This document shows positions 9,795-19,210 of a stretch of DNA of 32,000 bases, one piece after another (position 1 is the stretch's first letter; the number at the start of each line of letters is the position of its first letter). Both the position numbers and the translations under genes were made by a program. The notes below the pieces were generated by a model. The model saw nothing but the letters and a program-made list of their open reading frames with translations. It made no database searches and was not told the DNA's origin. Origin of the DNA: Candidatus Saccharimonadota bacterium (GTDB lineage: Bacteria > Pseudomonadota > Gammaproteobacteria > Johnevansiales > Johnevansiaceae); the NCBI RefSeq assembly GCF_000300075.1, contig NC_018677.1, positions 210,001-242,000 of the forward strand, given 5' to 3'.

Positions 9795-11606
9795 ATGGCT
9801 AAAAACATAATTAATTTGTTAATTATATTAGCAGTATTATTGACAATATTTAATAATATAAACATTAATTCTAATACTCAACTATTGAATTATTCTAAAT
9901 TTGTACAACTAATAAAAAATAACCAAGTACGAACAGTTATTATTGATGGAAGTTTTATAAATGGGGAGCATAAAGATGGATCAAAGTTTAAAACAATTAG
10001 ACCAACAATTGAAGATCCTAGTTTAATAGATGATTTATTGAATCATAGTGTTTCTATAGTAGGAAAAGAACAAACAAAAAACAGTATATGGTCAAAATTA
10101 TTTATATCTAGCTTTCCTATTCTCATTATTATAGCTGGTTTATTATTTTTTATGCGGCAAATGCAAATTCAGGTTGGCGGTAAAAAGGGCGGACCACTAG
10201 TTTTTGGTAACTCTAAAGCTAAATTAATATCAAAAGATCAAATAAAAATTACTTTTAGAGAAGTTGCAGGTTGTGATGAAGCTAAGTTTGAAATAGAGGA
10301 AGTAGTAGAGTTTTTAAAAGATGTACAGAAATTTACAAAATTTGGAGGAAAAATACCTAAAGGCGTTTTGATGATAGGTCCACCAGGTACCGGCAAGACT
10401 TTACTTGCTAAAGCTATAGCAGGTGAAGCAAAAGTACCTTTTTTTACTATTTCAGGTTCAGAGTTTGTAGAAATGTTTGTAGGTATAGGCGCTTCTCGTG
10501 TTAGAAATATGTTTGTACAAGCAAAAAAAAAAGCACCCTGTATTATTTTTATAGATGAAATTGATGCTGTAGGTAGAAATAGAGGGTCAAATTTATTAGG
10601 CGGAGGCGGCCATGATGAAAGAGAACAAACATTAAATCAATTGTTAGTTGAAATGGATGGATTTGAATCAAACAAGGGTACTATTGTTATAGCAGCAACT
10701 AATCGTCCAGATGTATTGGACAAAGCTTTGTTAAGGCCCGGAAGGTTTGATAGAAAAGTTAATATAAACTTACCAGATAGTAGAGGCAGAGAAAATATAA
10801 TTAATATTCATTTAAGAAAAATACCTTTGTCGGATGATGTAGAAACGAAAATAATTGCTATGGGAACGCCAGGATGTTCTGGCGCGGAATTAGCTAATAT
10901 AGTAAATGAAGCTGCTATTTTAGCCGCCAAACGGAAAGTAAAGTTAGTTAGTATGTTTGATTTAGAAAAAGCAAAAGACAAAATAATTATGGGCACTGAA
11001 AGACGTTCAATGGTTATGTCTGAAAAAGAAAAACGTAATACAGCTTATCACGAGGCCGGACATGCTATAATAGGCTTATTAATGCCAGAACACGATCCCA
11101 TATATAAAGTAAGTATAATTCCAAGAGGACAAGCATTAGGTGTTACAATGTTTTTACCGAAAATAGATCGATATTGTTACTCTCGTAAACAAGTACTTAG
11201 TCACATTTGTTCTTTATTTGGTGGTCGTATTGCAGAAGAGTTAACGCAAGGCTTTAGTGGAGTTACGACAGGAGCATCAAATGATATAAAATGTGCAACA
11301 GAAATAGCACACAATATGGTATATAAATGGGGGTTTTCTTCAAATATGGGACCTATAATGTATGATGAATACAAAATTAACAATCAACTTTATAATAGAA
11401 CTTTATTAAAATCTATAAATACATTTGAAAATTTAGATAAAGAAATATTTAACATTATAGATTTTTGTTATTTTAAAGCTTATTCAATACTTAAAAGAAA
11501 TATTGATAAACTTGATTTAATGGCAGAATCTTTGTTTTTTTATGAATCAATAAATTTAAATCAAATACAACAAATAATGTATGGAGTTTTCCCACAAACA
11601 GATTGA
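9795..11606 (+). CDS. ftsH: ATP-dependent zinc metalloprotease FtsH
   Basis: It has an N-terminal TM segment, Walker [19 protein letters not shown], Walker [10 protein letters not shown], the second region of homology [20 protein letters not shown] and the zinc site HEAGHAI. Confidence 0.95.
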   Translation: MAKNIINLLIILAVLLTIFNNININSNTQLLNYSKFVQLIKNNQVRTVIIDGSFINGEHKDGSKFKTIRPTIEDPSLIDDLLNHSVSIVGKEQTKNSIWSKLFISSFPILIIIAGLLFFMRQMQIQVGGKKGGPLVFGNSKAKLISKDQIKITFREVAGCDEAKFEIEEVVEFLKDVQKFTKFGGKIPKGVLMIGPPGTGKTLLAKAIAGEAKVPFFTISGSEFVEMFVGIGASRVRNMFVQAKKKAPCIIFIDEIDAVGRNRGSNLLGGGGHDEREQTLNQLLVEMDGFESNKGTIVIAATNRPDVLDKALLRPGRFDRKVNINLPDSRGRENIINIHLRKIPLSDDVETKIIAMGTPGCSGAELANIVNEAAILAAKRKVKLVSMFDLEKAKDKIIMGTERRSMVMSEKEKRNTAYHEAGHAIIGLLMPEHDPIYKVSIIPRGQALGVTMFLPKIDRYCYSRKQVLSHICSLFGGRIAEELTQGFSGVTTGASNDIKCATEIAHNMVYKWGFSSNMGPIMYDEYKINNQLYNRTLLKSINTFENLDKEIFNIIDFCYFKAYSILKRNIDKLDLMAESLFFYESINLNQIQQIMYGVFPQTD

Positions 11607-11806
11607 CTAGTTTAAATTTTGTTAATATTTGTTTTGAGCTTTTCATCATTTTTTTTCTTATATTACATTTAAATATTCAGTTTAATTTAAGTTTTATTAG
11701 TCATTGCAGTATTTTTTTATTACATACGCTAACTTATTTTTTTCTCGTAACATTTTTTTTGTTTTTATTAACTTTACTTTGTTTTACTTGACTCACCATT
11801 TCTTTA

Positions 11807-11891
11807 GCCGAGGTGGTGAAATTGGTATACACGCTACTTTGAGGGGGTAGTAACTATAACTGTTGTGCGGGTTCAAATCCCGCCCTTGGCA
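11807..11891 (+). tRNA. leuU: tRNA-Leu (anticodon GAG), type II long variable arm, no encoded CCA
   Basis: GCCGAGGTGGTGAAATTGGTATACACGCTACTTTGAGGGGGTAG...GCGGGTTCAAATCCCGCCCTTGGCA. It folds by hand with a 7-bp acceptor stem and anticodon loop TTGAGGG. It closely resembles my recollection of E. coli leuU and sits in the same position, just before the initiator tRNA. Confidence 0.85.
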
Positions 11892-11907
11892 TCATATGTA
11901 TTTTAAA

Positions 11908-11981
<74 letters not shown>

Positions 11982-12454
11982 CATACTTACTTGTTTCCCT
12001 TTACATTTGTTTGATTTTTAACATTAATTACAAAACATTAATCATAAACCCTTTATCATAAGAACTTTAAATTTTTAACATACAGCTTAAACTTTTTATT
12101 ACATATATCCTCTCTTTATATCTACTCTTAAACTCAACACTAATCATACAACATATATATACTTAATGAAGATAACACAAAAAAACATCTAACAACAGCA
12201 AATTTATAACAACAAAAAAATACTCCATCCATTAACGAGAAAAAAATATAAAAAACAATAAAAAAATAACAGAACATATAACAAAGAACAAAAAAAACAA
12301 AGAACATAATAAAAGGATAAAGAAATACAAAAAATATAATCAGATCAGATAACATAAAAAAGAAGAAAAAGTACTTAGCAGAAAACACAATAAAAAGCAA
12401 GAGCAAAAAAAACATAAAAAGGTTATTTGCTTATACATTAGCATTAGGAAATGT
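11982..12454 (+). other. Strand-skewed gene-free spacer S1: G-poor A/C/T part, then an A-dominated part
   Basis: There is no credible ORF; the only one listed is an F-rich antisense artefact at 12140-12415. From 11990 to about 12170 there is almost no G. From about 12170 to 12454 the sequence is mostly A, with some G and C. The spacer fills the slot where rimP lies in relatives. Confidence 0.8.
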
Positions 12455-13588
12455 ATGATGAGTAAAGATATTTTATTTGTTATTGATTCTATTTTAAATG
12501 AAAAAGGTGTAGCACGGCAATTAGTTTTTAAAACAGTCGAAGAAGCTTTATCTAGTGCAACTATTCAAAGATTTGAAGAAAAAAAAGTCAATATCATAGT
12601 AAAGATGAATCGCATAAATGGTAAATATGATACTTTTCGTAGATGGAAAGTTGTTAAAGATGAAAAATATACTAAATCATCAATTGAAATTCCTTATGCT
12701 GCTGCTAAAAAAATAAATACAAAGTTTGAAATTAATAAACATATTGAATATAAAATTGAGAATATTAAATTTGGTAGATTAGCTATTAAATTTGCGAAAC
12801 ATATTATTGTTCAAAAAGTTCGTGATTCTGAACAGACTGAGATAATACGTATTTATAGTAAAAAATTAGGTGAAATAATATGTGGTAATATAAAAAAAAT
12901 TATAAAAGAAGGTATAATAATTGAGTTTGATGACAAAAATGAAGGGTTTTTACCACGTAAGCAAATGATTCATGGTGAACGGTTTAATATTAATGAGCGT
13001 ATACGTGCTTTATTATTAAATATAAAGCCTTATAGTCGTAAATTAAAATTAATACTTTCAAGATGTTGTTCAAAATTTATAATTGAATTATTAAAACGAG
13101 AAAGTCCAGAGATAATAGATGAATTAATAGAAATTAAAAGTGTTGCAAGAGATCCAGGTTATAAATCTAAAGTTGCAGTTAAAACTAAAGATTATAATAT
13201 TGACACAGTAGGTTCTTGTGTAGGTATTCGTGGTTCAAGAACAAAATTTATTTATAATGAATTACGTAATGAACACATAGATATAATACTTTGGGACAAA
13301 AATGCCACAAAATTTGTTATTAATGCTTTGTATCCTTTAGATGTTATTTCTTTAATTGTTGATGTAAATAATCACAACATGGAAATTGTTGTTAAGGATC
13401 AAAGTTATTATAAAGCTATAGGGAAAGGTGGACAAAATATTAAATTAACTTCTGAAATAACGGGGTGGATGTTGAATGTTGTTACTAAAAATGAAGTAAA
13501 GAAAAAAAATAAAAAGAAAGTGAAAAATTTAAGTTTAAAACTTGAAATAGATGAAAAAATAGCAGCTTTATTAGTGGATTTTGGTTAA
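12455..13588 (+). CDS. nusA: Transcription termination/antitermination factor NusA, ending within the first C-terminal acidic repeat
   Basis: N-terminal MMSKDILFVIDSILNEKGV is comparable to E. coli MNKEILAVVEAVSNEK. It has an S1 domain and two KH domains (GVCVGIRGSR-like VGSCVGIRGSRTK, and AIGKGGQNIKL). AGGAAA lies upstream of the ATG. The TAA at 13586-13588 interrupts an AR1-like HhH segment that continues in frame. Confidence 0.9.
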   Translation: MMSKDILFVIDSILNEKGVARQLVFKTVEEALSSATIQRFEEKKVNIIVKMNRINGKYDTFRRWKVVKDEKYTKSSIEIPYAAAKKINTKFEINKHIEYKIENIKFGRLAIKFAKHIIVQKVRDSEQTEIIRIYSKKLGEIICGNIKKIIKEGIIIEFDDKNEGFLPRKQMIHGERFNINERIRALLLNIKPYSRKLKLILSRCCSKFIIELLKRESPEIIDELIEIKSVARDPGYKSKVAVKTKDYNIDTVGSCVGIRGSRTKFIYNELRNEHIDIILWDKNATKFVINALYPLDVISLIVDVNNHNMEIVVKDQSYYKAIGKGGQNIKLTSEITGWMLNVVTKNEVKKKNKKKVKNLSLKLEIDEKIAALLVDFG

Positions 13589-13748
13589 AATTATTTGGAA
13601 GAGATTGTATATGTTCCTATTGAAGACTTTTTAAAAATAAAAAAAATAAATATAAATGTAATACAAAAATTTAAATCACGTGCATTTGATGAATTGCTAA
13701 AATTAGCAATGAACTAAAAAATGAAATACAATATTATGGAGAAACATA

Positions 13749-16040
13749 ATGGTAGAAATAACTGTTAAAGATTTTGCAAATAAACTAGGATGTAATACAA
13801 AGAGGTTAATAAGTTATTTAACAAATGCCGGTGTAAAAAATAAAAAGGCTGAGAATTTATTAACAGAAAAAGATAAACAAACTTTATTAACTTATCTATT
13901 TTATAAACAAGGTATAACTAATTTTTATTTAACTAGAAAAAAATATAGTAAGCTACATATGAATAATAAAGTAATTGATATTCAAATATGCAAAAACAAG
14001 ACTTTTTTAAACTTAGATACAGAAGAAATAGAAAGAAATAAAAACTATAATCGTATTTATAATATACAATCAAACAAGAAATTAATTGACATACATACTT
14101 TTAAAAATCACAAAACAAATATTATTAGAGAAATAAATATTTATGAATCTAATAGTCTTTTAGATTTAGCTAAAAAGTTGGCAATAAAAGCAGCCGACTT
14201 AATGAAAGCTTTGTTAAGGATTTGTGTTTTAGTTAATATAAATCAACCAATTAGCAAAGATTCAGCTTTTTTTGTTGTAGAAGAACTAGGCCACATACCA
14301 AAAAATATTAATGTTACTGATAATGATTTTGAAGATCTTTTACTTAATACAAAAACCAGAATTCATAATACTAAAAACATAAATACACAAAAAGTTGATA
14401 AACAGAAAAACAACAATCACAATACAAACAAGAACAAACAACATACTAAACCTAGTAAAAAAAAATATATAAATAACAATTCAAATACTAACAAACAATA
14501 TACAAAAATAAAAGCTAAAACTATTAACGCATTTAGCGCTGGTAAATATTTTAAACGCTGTCCAATAATTACTGTAATGGGTCATGTAGACAATGGTAAA
14601 ACCTCTTTAATTGATTTAATTCGTAATTCTAAATTAGTCAATAACGAAATAGGAGGTATTACTCAATATATAGATGTTTATCATGTTAATTTAGATCAAG
14701 GAAATAACATCACAATAATTGACACTCCAGGTCATAAAGCATTTATAAATATGCGTAAAACTGGTGTAAAGTTTACAGATATAGTTATCTTAGTTGTTTC
14801 AGCTGATGATGGTATAAAACCTCAAACTATTGAAGCAATAGACCATGCTAAAACTCTAAAGCTACCTGTAGTTGTTGCTATTAATAAAATTGATAAAATA
14901 GGAACAGATATCGGTCGCGTGCGTAATCAGTTATCTAAGTTTGGTCTTATACCTGAAGAATGGGGAGGAGAAACTTATTACATTCCAGTTTCCGCAAAAG
15001 TTGGTTTGGGCTTAGATTTGTTATTAGAATCAGTACGTTTTATATCAGAACTTATAGATTTAACTACAGTATTAGATTCTCCAGGTATAGGGGTAGTAAT
15101 AGAATCTAGAATAGATGTAGGAAAAGGACCTGTAGCTAAAATTTTAGTTTTAAATGGTACTTTAAAGAAAGGTGATATAGTATTATGTGGTTTGCATTAT
15201 GGTAGAGTACGTGCAATAATAAATCATTTAGGAAACATTGTTGAGCAAATAGGTCCTTCTATACCTGCAGCAATTATTGGATTTAATGGTGTTCCAGAAG
15301 CTGGCGAACAATTTAATGTAGTATCAGATGAAAAAAAAGCACGTGAGATTGTTAATAATCGTTCTATAAAATATATAAATAACAAACAAAAAACTAATCT
15401 TATTCAAGATATTTTAAAAAAAATAAACACTATCAATATTGTACTTAAAGCGGATGTGCAAGGAACATTACACGCATTACGTACTTCTATAAAAGAATTA
15501 TCTAACGATCAAATTGTTCTTAACATAATATCAGCTAGTGTTGGAAATCTTAACTCAAATGATGTTAATTTAGCAATTATATCAAAAGCAATCTTAATCG
15601 GTTTTAACGTACAAGTAGTAAGTAAAGCTAGAGATCTTATTGAACGTGAGCATATAAAGTTCTTTTATTTTAAACTAATTTATAAATTCATTGATGGTCT
15701 AAACGAAATAATACATAAGACATTAAATCCTAAAAAAATCGAAGATATTATTGGTATTGCTGAAATTCGTGATACTTTTAAATATAACAAAAAAAATGGA
15801 GTTATCATTGGATGTATAGTATTAAAAGGGAAGGTTGTACGCAATAAAAAAATACGAATTATTCGTAATAATGACATTATTTATAAAGGCGATTTAGTTT
15901 CGTTACGTCGTTTTAAAAAAGATGTTAATGAAGTTAGTACTGGCTTAGAGTTTGGTGTTTGTCTTCGTGATTTAAACGATGTTAAGGTTGGTGATAGAAT
16001 CGAAATTTTTGATCTCATTACATGTAACAACAAACTTTAA
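13749..16040 (+). CDS. infB: Translation initiation factor IF-2
   Basis: GGAG lies 8 nt upstream of the ATG. The G domain has MGHVDNGKTSLID, DTPGH and NKID, followed by domains with VLKADVQGTLHAL and a C-terminal beta-barrel. 763 aa. Confidence 0.95.
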   Translation: MVEITVKDFANKLGCNTKRLISYLTNAGVKNKKAENLLTEKDKQTLLTYLFYKQGITNFYLTRKKYSKLHMNNKVIDIQICKNKTFLNLDTEEIERNKNYNRIYNIQSNKKLIDIHTFKNHKTNIIREINIYESNSLLDLAKKLAIKAADLMKALLRICVLVNINQPISKDSAFFVVEELGHIPKNINVTDNDFEDLLLNTKTRIHNTKNINTQKVDKQKNNNHNTNKNKQHTKPSKKKYINNNSNTNKQYTKIKAKTINAFSAGKYFKRCPIITVMGHVDNGKTSLIDLIRNSKLVNNEIGGITQYIDVYHVNLDQGNNITIIDTPGHKAFINMRKTGVKFTDIVILVVSADDGIKPQTIEAIDHAKTLKLPVVVAINKIDKIGTDIGRVRNQLSKFGLIPEEWGGETYYIPVSAKVGLGLDLLLESVRFISELIDLTTVLDSPGIGVVIESRIDVGKGPVAKILVLNGTLKKGDIVLCGLHYGRVRAIINHLGNIVEQIGPSIPAAIIGFNGVPEAGEQFNVVSDEKKAREIVNNRSIKYINNKQKTNLIQDILKKINTINIVLKADVQGTLHALRTSIKELSNDQIVLNIISASVGNLNSNDVNLAIISKAILIGFNVQVVSKARDLIEREHIKFFYFKLIYKFIDGLNEIIHKTLNPKKIEDIIGIAEIRDTFKYNKKNGVIIGCIVLKGKVVRNKKIRIIRNNDIIYKGDLVSLRRFKKDVNEVSTGLEFGVCLRDLNDVKVGDRIEIFDLITCNNKL
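14345..14525 (+). other. G-poor N/K/T/Q/H low-complexity segment inside infB, just upstream of the G domain
   Basis: NTKTRIHNTKNINTQKVDKQKNNNHNTNKNKQHTKPSKKKYINNNSNTNKQYTKIKAKT is encoded almost entirely by G-free codons. The composition matches the intergenic spacers. Boundaries are approximate. Confidence 0.6.
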
Positions 16041-17644
16041 CATTTATTTATCCCTTTTTATTTACTACATATTTCACTTCATATTCTATTATTTATACAG
16101 ATTCCATAAAACTGCTTTTACTACTTCAACTCATTTACAATTTCATAATTATAACTACATTTAAAACTACTAAAATTCAAACTACCACTACTATTTTTTT
16201 TAAATTCAATATAAGAATTTTTAATACAAACCACAATTACAAAATACCAAAAGCATTTTACACCTAGAGCATTAAACACCTTTAATTTAACCAACACCAT
16301 AACTCAACCACAACACAAATACTAATCCTATAATTACAACACACAAATATTTTTTTTTAACAACAATATTTTACACACAATACAAACAGTTAATACCTTT
16401 TTATCAACCTACATCCTTTAGCACAAAACACATACTAATTTACCTTTTTTTTCATCATATATCACAAACAAATTTAAAACAACATAACAACTTATTTACG
16501 CCTACAATCAACTTATACATACTTATTATGCATACTTCATACACTTTATTTTCTTAATTAATACATATAACTCATATACTACCGCTTTTATCCTCTCACC
16601 TCATATAACAACATTACACTATTAATTAAAAGATATAACACAAATATCAAACACACTCAAGTTAACACCTAGCATCTAAAATCAAAACAACATCTAATAC
16701 CAATACAAAACACACATATTTTTAAACTAATAATATTTATATCATAAAACATAAAGTAAGTAAGAATACATAACCAAACCTCTAACAAAAAAAAAGTAAT
16801 GTTTTAGAGAAAAAAATAACACTTCTAAAGAACGAAAAGTAATAAACAAAAATACAACATAAAACGTATAAAAATACAGTTAAAAGAAAAAATAACTTTG
16901 ATTTAAAATACATACAAAATCATAATAACTAAATATAAAACACAAACATATTACAAAACCTATTACACAAATACATCAAATTAAACTACATATGTTAAAA
17001 AATATAACGTACTTATACAAAGCTTCAATAAAAAACATACCATAAAACAACATTATAACTACTAAGAAACATTATTTAAAGTTATACAATACATTATTTA
17101 AAACTAAATAACAAAAAGTACATAATCAAATTATATAAAACACCATGTTAATAAAAATTTTAAATTTAAAACTAATACAACAGTTAAACTTAGAATAATA
17201 ATATATCAACTATTTAAACATACATCTTAAAAATCAATAAAACCACTACTACAATACAAAAATAATTAGTTAAAATCGTACAACTTTTACAATAATATTT
17301 AAAAAAAATAAAAAGAAATACAACAAATTTTTAAAAACATCTACAAACTAATATTTAACAATAAATACATAAAAAATAAATAACAGAAAAACAAAAGTAT
17401 CAGTTTACAACATCTTAAACAACTCTAAAAACATAAGAAATTAAAATAACAAAACATAGAACAATTAAGTAAATTAATATAACTAAAGTATAAACCACAA
17501 AAAGTGTTGTATATAAAAAGAATGAAATGAAGAATGAAATAAAAGAAACAGATACATAATAGAAAACATATTACGAAAATAAACAAAAAATAAAAATGCA
17601 AACAAGTAACTTGTAAAATTAATAACGGTTTAATATATATTATT
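16041..17644 (+). other. Strand-skewed gene-free spacer S2, inside the nusA-infB-rbfA operon
   Basis: 1.6 kb with no ORF of 60 aa or more after 16164 on either strand. By hand count there are only about 12 G in 16201-16740 (540 nt), while C is abundant. From about 16740 to 17644 the sequence is mostly A. Confidence 0.85.
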
Positions 17645-17971
17645 ATGATTAGTTATCGTCTTGTAAAAGTTTCAAAACAAATTAAAAGAAACTTAACGCA
17701 ATTAATAAACTACAATTTAAATGATCCACGAATAAAAAAAAATATTATAATACATTCTGTAAAACTTAGTAAAGACCTCAGTCTTGCTGATATATATTGG
17801 ACTCTTTTGTATGATAACAAATTTAAAAATATATATGAAAGTATATTACAATTAGCTTCTGGTTATTTGCGGTATAAGCTTTCTAAAACTATAAAAAACC
17901 ATCATGTACCCATTTTAACTTTTCATTTTTATGATTCTATTACAATTACTTCTTCTTTCATTTCTGAGTAA
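17645..17971 (+). CDS. rbfA: Ribosome-binding factor A
   Basis: 108 aa with R..KVSKQIKRNLTQLI...DPRI...IHSVKLSKDLSLADIYW...ASGYLRYKLSK....VPILTFHFYDS, which is the RbfA family pattern. It is in the conserved position after infB. Confidence 0.85.
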   Translation: MISYRLVKVSKQIKRNLTQLINYNLNDPRIKKNIIIHSVKLSKDLSLADIYWTLLYDNKFKNIYESILQLASGYLRYKLSKTIKNHHVPILTFHFYDSITITSSFISE

Positions 17972-18142
17972 ACATTTCTTTTTATTAACATTCCCTTTAC
18001 AATATAACTACTACACACCCTTACCATATAAATGTAATATCTACAATCTAAATAATAACAACTAATAAACAAACCTCTACCTTTTACAATTCAATTACTG
18101 CTTAACTAACACATAACTTCTATTTCTTTAACTTTTACCTCT

Positions 18143-18172
18143 AACAACAACAACAACAACATCATCATCATC
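18143..18172 (+). repeat. Trinucleotide microsatellites (AAC)6 followed by (ATC)4
   Basis: Read directly: aacaacaacaacaacaac at 18143-18160 and atcatcatcatc at 18161-18172. Confidence 0.95.
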
Positions 18173-18470
18173 TTAATATCTTCTCCTTACATCCAACACC
18201 TACCAGCAACTTCTATCATCTACTACCAATTCTTTTCTTTTTTTTACAACCTCTTCCCTCCCCTTTTCTCTATTATCTAAACCTTTTATCTAGCTTCTTT
18301 ACTTCTTCGTATAACATCTTTAAACATTCCTTTCTTTTTGTACAACTTCTTCTCTATATTTTTTTTTATTACATATAACTCTTCACGGTTTATCAACAAC
18401 TAATCACAAACAAAATAACCTCTAACTTTAAAACAAACAATTATCTTTAAAAACAAACATCTATCTACTA

Positions 18471-18573
18471 ATCTAACATCTAACATCTAACATCTAACTG
18501 ATAACCTAACACCTAACACCTAACACCTCAAACCTCAAACCTCAAACCTCAAACCTCAAACCTCAAACCTAAC
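18471..18573 (+). repeat. Compound heptanucleotide tandem array: (ATCTAAC)4, (ACCTAAC)2-3, (ACCTCAA)6, ACCTAAC
   Basis: Read directly: ATCTAAC x4 at 18471-18498, ACCTAAC x2 at 18511-18524 preceded by a partial copy, ACCTCAA x6 at 18525-18566, and ACCTAAC at 18567-18573. Confidence 0.95.
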
Positions 18574-19210
18574 AACTCTAACCTCTAACAAATAAAAAAC
18601 AACCACAAAACTCTAAAAGCTTTTAAACTTTACTTAACTCAAAACTCATACCCTCTAAACACAAAAGCAACAATTTTAACCACAAACCTCTTTTTTTTTA
18701 CATCTAACTCTTATTCAAGCTACCTCTAACAAACAAAGCTCTATTTACACAATACTTTAACTCAAATACAACAAATCTTATCTAAACACTTACCACAAAC
18801 TTTATAATAACTTTACCTCTATTAAATCAATAACATATACATAACATACAACAATAACCACAACAACATACTTTAGAAAACAGAGCACATAAAAAAAAAA
18901 CAGAAGCTAACATATAATGCTAAAAAAGAACAAATAACACATAAGCTAACGTATATGGCTAAAAGAAGTACCGTATAAAGTTAAGAACAATAAAACAGAA
19001 ACCGGTATAATATCCATCAGTAAAAAAAAAAGAACCAAACAAAAACCAAAACAGATATAAAAAGAACAAAAAAATAGGATGATAACGGAAAAGAAGTGAT
19101 AAAAAAAAAAGGACAAAAAGAGTTTAAATAGGTAGACAGTAGTTGTGTACTATGGATGATAAAAAGATTTTATAAAAGGTGCAAAACCGTTATAAAAAAA
19201 AGCGAATCAA

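Larger units (their letters stand above)
17972..19210 (+). other. Strand-skewed gene-free spacer S3 (rbfA to pheT, convergent genes)
   Basis: By hand count there are about 13 G in 18001-18840 (840 nt). From about 18870 to 19210 the sequence is A-dominated and T-poor, with both G and C. There are no ORFs. It contains the microsatellites listed below. Confidence 0.85.

Noticed and set aside
18471-18573. The heptamer arrays (ATCTAAC, ACCTAAC, ACCTCAA) as telomere-like repeats or as a CRISPR array.
   Set aside because: The units are 7 nt and directly tandem with no spacers, so this is not CRISPR architecture. They lie internally between ordinary chromosomal genes, and similar 3- to 7-nt arrays occur in other spacers. 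Replication slippage is the simpler explanation. The resemblance to CCCTAA-type telomere repeats is only superficial.
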